This document shows, one piece after another, positions 52,625 through 60,813 of a stretch of 64,000 nucleotides of DNA. The position numbers and the translations under genes were made by a program. Origin of the DNA: Hyphomicrobiales bacterium (GTDB taxonomy: Bacteria > Pseudomonadota > Alphaproteobacteria > Rhizobiales > TMED25); contig JAQWOP010000009.1 in the NCBI GenBank assembly GCA_029245795.1, positions 11,725 through 75,724 on the forward strand, in the 5' to 3' direction. Each line of letters begins with the position of its first letter. Within the stretch, counting starts at the first letter, position 1. The notes under the pieces were generated by a model. That model did no database searches. It had not been told where the DNA came from and saw only the letters and a program-made list of their open reading frames with translations.

Positions 52625-54943
52625 ATGCCCAGCTTCTCAAAAGGTTTAGAAAACTCTTTACATAAAGCACTCTCAATTGCTCGAGATAAAAAACATGAAT
52701 TTTCAACTCTAGAGCATCTATTACTCGCAATCTTAGAGGATGAAGATGCCACCGATGTATTTAAATATTGTTCTATAGATATAGATATTCTAAGGAATGA
52801 AATACAGGGATATCTGGATAATGAGTTGAGACATATCATTATAAAAGACTCTGATGATGTTAAGCCAACAACCAGTTTTCAAAGGGTTATACAAAGAGCA
52901 GTTATACATGTTCAGACATCAAATAAGGATGTAGATGTTACAAGTGCTAACGTACTTGTGGCCATCTTTTCAGAAAGAGAAAGCCATGCTGTTTATTTCC
53001 TAAATAAAGTAAATTTATCCAGGTATGATGTTGTTAATTATTTAAGTCATGGCATTATTAAGAAAGAAGAAGATGAAGAAAATAAAACTTCAGCACAAGA
53101 ACCATTTGATGATGTTAGTAAGAGCAAAACTCCAAATATAGATGATTATTGTATTCATCTAAATAATAAAGCTCGAAATGGCGAAATAGATCCCATTATT
53201 GCTAGAGAGACGGAAATAATAAGAATAAGCCAAATCCTATGTAGAAGAAAAAAAAACAATCCTCTATTAGTTGGTGATCCAGGTGTTGGAAAAACTGCAA
53301 TTATTGAAGGTTTAGCTCTAAATATAGTAAATGGGCAAGTGCCAGATTTTCTAAAAGATGTTGAGATAATACAATTAGATATGGGAGCTCTCATTGCTGG
53401 CACTAGGTATAGAGGAGATTTTGAGGAAAGACTTAAGGATGTTTTGAAAGAGATAGAGAATCTCCCAAAAGCAATTTTATTTATAGATGAGATTCATACA
53501 ATCATAGGATCAGGCGCTACTTCAGGGGGAGCAATGGATGCTGCTAATTTACTAAAACCCGCTTTGCAATCTGGACAATTTAAGTGTATTGGTTCAACAA
53601 CATACCGTGAATTTTCAAGGTATTTTGAGAAAGATAGGGCACTTGTTAGAAGATTTCAAAAAATAGATATAAGTGAACCAAGCATTGAAGACTGTATAAA
53701 AATTATTACAGGATTGAAACCATATTTTGAAGATTACTATCAACTTAAATTTGATAATAGTAGTATTAAAACAGCTGTAGAGTTGTCTGCTAGGTATCTT
53801 CAAGATAGAAAGCTTCCTGATAAGGCAATTGATCTGATAGATGAAACTGGTGCATCTCAAATCATACTTCCAAAAGAAAAAAGAAAGAAAAAAATAACAT
53901 CGAAGGATATAGAAAAAACTTTATCAATAATTGCAAAAATACCTGAGAAAAATGTTACCAAGTCTGATAACTCAGTATTAAAAAATATAGAGAAAAGTTT
54001 AAAAAATCAGGTATTTGGTCAAGATCATGCTATCGAACTTCTTTCAGCTTCTATAAAATCTTCAAGAGCAGGGCTTAGAGATATAGAGAAACCAATTGGA
54101 TCATATCTTTTCTCTGGTCCTACTGGTGTTGGCAAGACAGAACTTGCAAGGCAATTATCTCAATCGCTATCAATAGATCTAATCAGGTTCGATATGTCAG
54201 AATATATGGAGAGACATTCAATTTCTAAATTAATTGGTGCCCCTCCAGGATATGTGGGATACGATCAAGGTGGGCTTTTGACGGATAGTATTGAAAAGAC
54301 GCCGCATTGTGTTCTTCTTCTAGATGAAATTGAAAAAGCTCATTATGAGATTTATAATATACTCCTACAAGTTATGGACTATGGCTTTTTAACCGATCAT
54401 AATGGGAAGAAGATAGATTTTAGGAATGTTATTATCATTCTTACAACAAATGCTGGTGCAGCTGATTTAGCAAAAGAATCGATTGGCTTCTCGGAAGTAA
54501 GAAATAAAGAGAGTTATAATCAAGAGATAAATAAGTTATTTTCTCCAGAATTTAGGAATAGATTAGATGGGATTATTCCATTTAATGGTTTATCTGTAGA
54601 TATTATGAAAAGGGTTGTTGATAAATTTATTATTAAACTTGAAAGTCAATTGGAAGAAAAAAATGTTGTCTTAACTCTTTCGGAGTCAGCATATGAATGG
54701 TTGTCTATCAATGGTACAGATGAAAAATATGGAGCAAGACCTTTACAAAGATTAATAGATGAAAAGATTAAAAAGCCTCTTGCTGATGAACTTTTGTTTG
54801 GCAAACTTAAAAGTGGTGGTGCTATAAAGGTGGATGTCGAAAAAGATCTTCAGGGGGATATAAGTGACTTAATCTTAATTGTTAATGATAAAAAGATATC
54901 TAAAAAATCCTATAAAAACAAAGAAGATTTAATTCTTCATTAG
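52625..54943 (+). CDS. clpA: ATP-dependent Clp protease ATP-binding subunit ClpA
   Basis: 772 aa with two AAA+ modules (GDPGVGKTA and GPTGVGKTE); it directly follows clpS. Confidence 0.96.
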   Translation: MPSFSKGLENSLHKALSIARDKKHEFSTLEHLLLAILEDEDATDVFKYCSIDIDILRNEIQGYLDNELRHIIIKDSDDVKPTTSFQRVIQRAVIHVQTSNKDVDVTSANVLVAIFSERESHAVYFLNKVNLSRYDVVNYLSHGIIKKEEDEENKTSAQEPFDDVSKSKTPNIDDYCIHLNNKARNGEIDPIIARETEIIRISQILCRRKKNNPLLVGDPGVGKTAIIEGLALNIVNGQVPDFLKDVEIIQLDMGALIAGTRYRGDFEERLKDVLKEIENLPKAILFIDEIHTIIGSGATSGGAMDAANLLKPALQSGQFKCIGSTTYREFSRYFEKDRALVRRFQKIDISEPSIEDCIKIITGLKPYFEDYYQLKFDNSSIKTAVELSARYLQDRKLPDKAIDLIDETGASQIILPKEKRKKKITSKDIEKTLSIIAKIPEKNVTKSDNSVLKNIEKSLKNQVFGQDHAIELLSASIKSSRAGLRDIEKPIGSYLFSGPTGVGKTELARQLSQSLSIDLIRFDMSEYMERHSISKLIGAPPGYVGYDQGGLLTDSIEKTPHCVLLLDEIEKAHYEIYNILLQVMDYGFLTDHNGKKIDFRNVIIILTTNAGAADLAKESIGFSEVRNKESYNQEINKLFSPEFRNRLDGIIPFNGLSVDIMKRVVDKFIIKLESQLEEKNVVLTLSESAYEWLSINGTDEKYGARPLQRLIDEKIKKPLADELLFGKLKSGGAIKVDVEKDLQGDISDLILIVNDKKISKKSYKNKEDLILH

Positions 54944-55342
54944 ATATTCATTTATAACGTTCGCTTGCTTTTCCATTGTATCTAATTTTAGTGGCATTTT
55001 TGCATCTTCTTCAAAGACTGGGATAACATGAAAATGTGTATGGAAAACAATCTGACCGGCCGAGCTTTCACAGTTATGTTTTATTTTACATCCAGAGGCT
55101 CCAAAAACATGAATTTGAGCTTTAGTAATTTTCTTTACTATTAAGATTGATTCACATAAATCATCATTATGTATATCTAAAATATTACGAGATTCTTCTT
55201 TGGGAATCACAAGCATATGGCCTGGATTTTCAGGATACACATCCATAATCACAATATTTTTGCTATCCTCATATACTTTAATTGACGCAGTTTCATTTGA
55301 AATAATTTTTGAAAAAACATTATTTGCATCATATTCTACCAT
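54929..55342 (-). CDS. HIT-family (histidine triad) hydrolase
   Basis: The HTHFHVIP triad motif; 137 aa. Confidence 0.85.
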   Translation of the reverse strand: MVEYDANNVFSKIISNETASIKVYEDSKNIVIMDVYPENPGHMLVIPKEESRNILDIHNDDLCESILIVKKITKAQIHVFGASGCKIKHNCESSAGQIVFHTHFHVIPVFEEDAKMPLKLDTMEKQANVINEYLMKN

Positions 55343-55356
55343 ATAAATTAACTCCT

Positions 55357-56475
55357 TTACTTAAATGGGCTAAGCTTCGAAAGAGAGTCGACCTCTTTAT
55401 TAACATAGTGTATCTCTTTTAATAGATAATCTTCAATTACTTTATGGATATCCTGATTTTGAAAATAATGTGCTGAGTGTGTGATTACAGGTGAATAGCC
55501 TCTGGATATTTTATGCAAACCACCTGCGCCAGATTCAATAGAGCTCATTTTAAATTTAATTGCGAATTCTATAGCTTGATAATAACATAATTCATAATGA
55601 AGAAATTTATAGAAATCATTTGCACCCCAGTATCTTCCATATAAAGTATCTTTGCTTTTAATATGGAGACTAGCACCTATGTTAGTATTATTTTTTTTGG
55701 CTAACATTAATATTAGATTATCAGGCATATTGGATATAATAGTTTTAAAGAATTCAATATTTAAATAAGCGTTACCCCATTTCCTATTACATGTATCTAG
55801 ATAAAATTTATAAAACGCAGTAAGTTGTTCTTCATTGATATTTTCTCCACTGATCCATTCTATAATGATTCCGTCTGACTTTAAGGATTGTCGCTCTTTA
55901 TTTATCATTTTTCTTTTTCTAGATGTAAGTGTTTCAAGAAAATCATTGAATGAAGTATAATTATTATTTTTCCATATATATTGCTGACTAATTCTAGAAA
56001 TAAAACCTTCTTTATTTAGCTGGCTAATTTCGTCACCTTGAATAAAGTTAAAATGAGCGCTTGAAAGATCATATTTTTCTAGCAATAGTTTTATATTTCG
56101 TATCATTTCTTTATTTTTGATAGTTGTATTCTTCGATCTTAAAATTTTCATCGATCTTACTGGTGTGAAGGGAATAGCAATTAAAAGTTTAGGATAGTAT
56201 TTAAATTTAATTTGATTATAAAAGTCTACCCATACATGATCAAAAATAAATTCACCAAATGAGTGATATTTTAAGTATGCTGGAGTAAATCCGTCTAATT
56301 TTCCACTTTCATTAATGTGCGCTATATGATTTGGAACCCACCCAGTCTTATCTGTTGCACAACCGGAACTTTCAAGAGCTGCTAGAAAATCATATTTCAT
56401 AAATGGGTTATCATTAATTAAATTTTGATAATCATCCCTTTGGATTTCCAAAATACTATTACAGATTTGATGCAT
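55357..56475 (-). CDS. FemAB-like / DUF482-type GNAT-fold acyltransferase family protein
   Basis: The pattern FLAALESSGC...TGWVPNHI...YLKYHSFGEFIFDHVW...YYPKLLIAIPFTP resembles the family as I remember it. Confidence 0.6.
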   Translation of the reverse strand: MHQICNSILEIQRDDYQNLINDNPFMKYDFLAALESSGCATDKTGWVPNHIAHINESGKLDGFTPAYLKYHSFGEFIFDHVWVDFYNQIKFKYYPKLLIAIPFTPVRSMKILRSKNTTIKNKEMIRNIKLLLEKYDLSSAHFNFIQGDEISQLNKEGFISRISQQYIWKNNNYTSFNDFLETLTSRKRKMINKERQSLKSDGIIIEWISGENINEEQLTAFYKFYLDTCNRKWGNAYLNIEFFKTIISNMPDNLILMLAKKNNTNIGASLHIKSKDTLYGRYWGANDFYKFLHYELCYYQAIEFAIKFKMSSIESGAGGLHKISRGYSPVITHSAHYFQNQDIHKVIEDYLLKEIHYVNKEVDSLSKLSPFK

Positions 56476-56630
56476 GACTTTGATTTATAATGAATATAGT
56501 TCAAAAATTCTCTCAACCTCAACTAGGGAGTATTGTGGAAAATATAGTACTCCAATTGTTGAGTGAGTATGTTCTATAGATAATGTATAAGGTTTTTTTT
56601 TAGGACTTTTCATGGAACAAGATGCTATAT

Positions 56631-56645
56631 TTAATCATTATTTAA
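56631..56645. promoter_or_regulatory. TTAA-N7-TTAA (CtrA-box-like) site upstream of divK
   Basis: TTAAtcattatTTAA lies 79 nt upstream of the divK start. This is a weak call because the motif is AT-only and the genome is AT-rich. Confidence 0.2.
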
Positions 56646-56723
56646 TTAACTATAATATATCATTAATTCTAATTAGTGATATGAATTTTAATAGATTAAC
56701 ATTTTTTATTTTTTATTGGTTAA

Positions 56724-57098
56724 ATGGACAAAAATAATAGAAAAATCCTCATTGTTGAGGATAATAAATTAAATATGAAATTATTCAAAGACATTCTCGA
56801 GGCAGAGGATTGTTATGTTATAGAATGTTTTGATCCGATGTTTGCGATGGAAATTGTATCAACAGAATTACCAAATCTAATTTTAATGGATATACAACTT
56901 CCTAGAATATCAGGCTATGACTTAATCCAGTGGATAAAATCAGATTCAAATATTTCACATATTCCTATCATTGCCATAACTGCATTTGCTATGAAAGATG
57001 ACAAAGAAAAAATTCTTTCACTTGGATGTGAAGGCTATATGTCTAAGCCAATTTCTATGGATCCATTTATTGAAAATGTGAATAAATTTCTTAAATAA
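56724..57098 (+). CDS. divK: single-domain response regulator DivK
   Basis: Close by-eye match to Caulobacter DivK (ILIVEDNKLNMKLF, LILMDIQLPRISG, AITAFAMKDDKEKIL, GYMSKPIS). Confidence 0.85.
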   Translation: MDKNNRKILIVEDNKLNMKLFKDILEAEDCYVIECFDPMFAMEIVSTELPNLILMDIQLPRISGYDLIQWIKSDSNISHIPIIAITAFAMKDDKEKILSLGCEGYMSKPISMDPFIENVNKFLK

Positions 57099-57213
57099 AA
57101 AAACAGCTTATTATATAAGATTGTAGTTAGATTTTTCATCATTAAAAAATAAAGTAAAAAGGTATTTTTATTTAAAAACAAATACTATATAATAAGAAAT
57201 TGATATTTACAAA

Positions 57214-57330
57214 GGGTTTCCCTGCGGAGTTGCTCGGGTCCGCCGCATCTCCTGGGTCCGTAGGGTTTATGTCGTTATGTTGGTTTTCAAATTATGGCCT
57301 CCTCCATTTTTGTTAACCAACATGCGGCTA
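57214..57330 (+). ncRNA. candidate structured small RNA (unclassified); strand is tentative
   Basis: GC-rich island: 36 of 52 nt are G+C at 57214-57265 by hand count, in AT-rich flanks. Helices are 57220-57228/57257-57265, 57242-57246/57324-57328 and 57277-57285/57315-57323. The hairpin loop carries CCTCCTCC (57298-57305). There is no credible ORF. One G-T pair in the first helix is tolerated only on the + strand. Confidence 0.45.
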
Positions 57331-57434
57331 TTTAAATCAAGATAGCACAAATATAAAGATATATTGTTTTTAAAGAAGCCATTTTGAAGAAATTATAGAG
57401 GAACTGTTATAGGTTTTTGAGGACTAAATAGTAG

Positions 57435-57602
57435 TTATTTAATTTTATTTTCTTTAAAATCAACGTGTTTTTTAACAACAGGATCATATTTTTTAATAAC
57501 AAGTTTTTCTGTCATAGTACGACTATTTTTCCTTGTCACATAGAAATAGCCAGTACCTGCTGTGCTTTCTAATCTTATTTTTACGTTACCAGATTTTGCC
57601 AT
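57435..57602 (-). CDS. rpmG: 50S ribosomal protein L33 (Cys-less form)
   Basis: Not in the ORF track because it is only 55 aa. My translation is [55 protein letters not shown], which matches L33. Confidence 0.9.
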   Translation of the reverse strand: MAKSGNVKIRLESTAGTGYFYVTRKNSRTMTEKLVIKKYDPVVKKHVDFKENKIK

Positions 57603-57664
57603 TAAACCCCATATTTAGACTTATCATATAAATATATCAAATCTTTACTAAGTCAATCATTGAT

Positions 57665-60154
57665 TTATTTTTTTTTATTCTTTGTTTCAATTAATTGTAT
57701 GGCTTTTTCTAGATCTATTTCTTCCATTGATAAATCTTTTGGAATTGAATAATTCTTTTTTAGATATTTTATATATGGGCCATATTTACCTTCAGCTGCA
57801 ATTATATCTTCATTAGATTTTGGGTGTTTCCCAATAAGTTTATTTTTTGTATTTGGTGTTTTTTTATTTTTTTCATCAATAAGAGTGACAGCTCTATTCA
57901 ATCCAATATCATAAAGTTCTTCTACTTCCTTTAGATTAACATAGGTATTTTGATGCTTTATATATGGACCGTATCTACCTAATGCCCCTATTATATCTTC
58001 CTTTGTATTTGGGTGGACCCCCACAATTCTTGGTAAAGAGATTAAATTTATTGCTTCTTCCTCTGAAATATTATCTAGATCAATATTTTTAGGAACAGAA
58101 ACTCTTTTTGGTTTGGTGTCTGGATCTTTATTTTCTAGCTCAAGATAGGGGCCATACCTGCCGATTTGAAGGGTGATATTTATTCCTGTTTCAGGTTCCT
58201 TTGCTATAATTTTTTTACTTGGAGTTGTAGTATTTTTACCAGAAAGATCTCTTTGATATTTACAAGTTGGGTAATTTGAACATCCTACGAAAGAACCTTC
58301 TTTGAATGATAATAAGGTTAACGTACCATCTCCACATTCAGGACATTTCCTTGGATCCTCTAATTCTTGATTAAATATATATGGAGCAAGGGTTTCATTA
58401 AGTTTTTCTACAACCTCTTTTCGGGATATTTCTGAAACATCTTTTGTTGATTCATCTAAATTATTCCAAAAATCATTTAAAAGAGATAATCTAGTATAAT
58501 CACCATTTGATATCTGATCTAATTTTTCTTCGAGATCTGCAGTAAAGTCATATTGAACGTAATCGGGATAGTAATTTTCAAGGAATGCTGTAACTAGTCT
58601 TCCATTAGATGTTGGAAAAATCTTTCTTTGATCGACTATTGTATAATTTCTTTCTGATAATTTAGACAGGATGCTCGCGTATGTAGAGGGTCTTCCAATA
58701 CCGAGTTCCTCTAATGTTTTAATTAAGGATGCTGCATTAAATCTTGGAGGAGGCTCTGTTTGATGAGATATATCTTCTAGTTTTTTGCATACTAGATTAT
58801 CATCTTTTGAAATAAGGATGTTGCTCTGATTTACAGGTTCATTATCACTCTCTTCTTGATCATTTGGCGTGTCATCAAAAACTGATAAATAGCCAGCAAA
58901 AGATCTATGCTGACTAGTTGCTCTAAATAAATTGTCTATATTATTGGAGTCTTTAACTAATATATCAATGCTAGTCCTCTCAAATTCAGCATTATTCATT
59001 TGACTCGCAATAGTCCTTTTCCATATTAAGTCATATAATTTAAATTGTTCATCAGATAAATAGGATTTAATCATTTCAGGAGAATTTTTAAATGATGTAG
59101 GTCTTATTGCTTCATGAGACTCTTGTGCATTTTTTGATTTAGTTTTGTATATATTCTTATTTTTTGGTAATTGCTTTTCTCCATATATACTATTGATACT
59201 ATCTCTTATTTGATCAATTATACTATCCTCAATTTGGACACCATCGGTTCTCATGTATGTAATAAGTCCTCCTTCAATCGCAGGATTATCTAGCCCTTCA
59301 TATAACCTTTGGGCAACCTGCATTGTTCTTGTTGGATCAAATCTCAACCTTTTCGAGGCCTCTTGTTGCATTGTCGAAGTAGTAAATGGTGGTTGTGGTT
59401 TTTTTTGAACTACTGTTTTATTAACTTCTTTTACTCTATATTTAGCATCTTTTAGATCAGAGATAATCTTAAGTGCTTCATCTTCAGATTTTATATCAAA
59501 TTTATTAAGTTTTTTATGATCTCGACTTAATAAAGTTGCAGAGAATTCTGATCCTTTATTTGATTTAAATAAAGAATTAATTGTCCAATATTTCTGGCTT
59601 TTAAAATTTTCTACATCTAGTTCTCTTTGGCAAATAATTTTTAGTGCAACTGATTGAACCCTTCCCGCTGACTTTGCCCCAGGAAGTTTTTTCCAGAGTA
59701 TTGGTGATATTGTAAATCCAATAAGATAATCTAATGACAAACGTGCTTTGTAAGCTTCAACGAGATCTTTATCAATACTTCGGGGGTTTTTAATTGCATT
59801 TAACACAGTATCTTTTGTAACGGCATTAAAAACAACCCTTTCAAATTTTTTATCATTTTTACTTTTGAATAATTCTTCAAGGTGCCAGGATATAGCTTCT
59901 CCCTCTCTATCGGGGTCAGTTGCTAGAATAATTTTTTCTGAGTTTTGGATTTCTTTTTTAATATCATTGATTGTTTTTGACCTACCTGAATTAGTTTTCC
60001 AGACCATTTCAAAATCTTTTTCAGGCTTTATAGACCCACTCTTTGCAGGCAAATCCCTTACATGGCCCATGGATGCAAGAACTTTATATCCAGACCCTAA
60101 GTATTTATTTATCGTTTTAGCTTTCGCAGGTGATTCAACTATTAATAATATCAT
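57665..60154 (-). CDS. topA: DNA topoisomerase I
   Basis: 829 aa. Toprim N-terminus ILLIVESPAKAKTI, one Zn ribbon CPECG...CSNYPTC, and three C-terminal G(R/K)YGPY repeats. Confidence 0.97.
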   Translation of the reverse strand: MILLIVESPAKAKTINKYLGSGYKVLASMGHVRDLPAKSGSIKPEKDFEMVWKTNSGRSKTINDIKKEIQNSEKIILATDPDREGEAISWHLEELFKSKNDKKFERVVFNAVTKDTVLNAIKNPRSIDKDLVEAYKARLSLDYLIGFTISPILWKKLPGAKSAGRVQSVALKIICQRELDVENFKSQKYWTINSLFKSNKGSEFSATLLSRDHKKLNKFDIKSEDEALKIISDLKDAKYRVKEVNKTVVQKKPQPPFTTSTMQQEASKRLRFDPTRTMQVAQRLYEGLDNPAIEGGLITYMRTDGVQIEDSIIDQIRDSINSIYGEKQLPKNKNIYKTKSKNAQESHEAIRPTSFKNSPEMIKSYLSDEQFKLYDLIWKRTIASQMNNAEFERTSIDILVKDSNNIDNLFRATSQHRSFAGYLSVFDDTPNDQEESDNEPVNQSNILISKDDNLVCKKLEDISHQTEPPPRFNAASLIKTLEELGIGRPSTYASILSKLSERNYTIVDQRKIFPTSNGRLVTAFLENYYPDYVQYDFTADLEEKLDQISNGDYTRLSLLNDFWNNLDESTKDVSEISRKEVVEKLNETLAPYIFNQELEDPRKCPECGDGTLTLLSFKEGSFVGCSNYPTCKYQRDLSGKNTTTPSKKIIAKEPETGINITLQIGRYGPYLELENKDPDTKPKRVSVPKNIDLDNISEEEAINLISLPRIVGVHPNTKEDIIGALGRYGPYIKHQNTYVNLKEVEELYDIGLNRAVTLIDEKNKKTPNTKNKLIGKHPKSNEDIIAAEGKYGPYIKYLKKNYSIPKDLSMEEIDLEKAIQLIETKNKKK

Positions 60155-60156
60155 GT

Positions 60157-60789
60157 TTATTTTATTTTTGCTTCTTGTCCATTTAGAAGGCGTTTAATAT
60201 TTTCACTATGCCTATATAGTAAAATTGTAGACATGAAAAGAATAAATATTAAATTTATGAAGAAATTATCCTGATAAAAACTAAATAATTTATTTATTAT
60301 AAGACTGTTTATCGAAAAATAATACACACCAATGTATATTATTGGAGTAATGGTGGCACAAATAGTACTCGAAAGAGATGAATATCTGAAAATTAAGAAA
60401 ACTATTATCCAAATCAATATAAATAGTAATGAAACTATTGGACTGATTATTGTTATTATTCCAATATATGTCGCAACACCCTTGCCACCTTTAAATTTTA
60501 TCCAAATTGGAAAAATATGACCAAAGAAAGCAGCAAATCCAATTATTATAGGATTATTGATATTTAAAAAGATTGCTATTAGCAGGGGTATTAACCCTTT
60601 GCAGAAGTCGAGAAGTAATGTTATCAGAGCAATTTTTTTGTTTCCTGTCCTCAAAACATTTGTTGCGCCAATATTTTTTGAACCGAATTCTCTAATATCT
60701 AATTTTAAAAATTTTTTTGTTAAGATTAGACCAAAGGGGATACTTCCAAAGAGATAAGAAAGTATAACTAATAGCATAAATAACTTCAT
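60157..60789 (-). CDS. plsY: glycerol-3-phosphate acyltransferase PlsY
   Basis: GSKNIGATNVLRTG and KGGKGVAT motifs; polytopic membrane protein. Confidence 0.92.
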   Translation of the reverse strand: MKLFMLLVILSYLFGSIPFGLILTKKFLKLDIREFGSKNIGATNVLRTGNKKIALITLLLDFCKGLIPLLIAIFLNINNPIIIGFAAFFGHIFPIWIKFKGGKGVATYIGIITIISPIVSLLFILIWIIVFLIFRYSSLSSTICATITPIIYIGVYYFSINSLIINKLFSFYQDNFFINLIFILFMSTILLYRHSENIKRLLNGQEAKIK

Positions 60790-60813
60790 TTTTTTCTATT
60801 ACTAAGGATTAAA

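Noticed and set aside
57214-57330. Possibility that the GC-rich island is the SRP (4.5S) RNA, a tmRNA piece or a tRNA.
   Set aside because: It lacks the conserved domain IV sequence as I remember it (GGUCCGGAAGGAAGCAGCC-like, GNAR tetraloop with flanking AGCA in the right context). There is no T-arm GGTTCGAATCC-type sequence and no cloverleaf. An AGCA occurs on the minus strand only, and its surrounding pairing does not fit. This is not a definitive exclusion without a covariance-model search.
57269-57334. Tiny ORFs inside the RNA candidate (MSLCWFSNYGLLHFC, 15 aa; MASSIFVNQHAAI, 13 aa).
   Set aside because: They have no convincing ribosome-binding sites, they overlap the predicted helices, and they are too short to evaluate. 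An RNA structure explains the region better.
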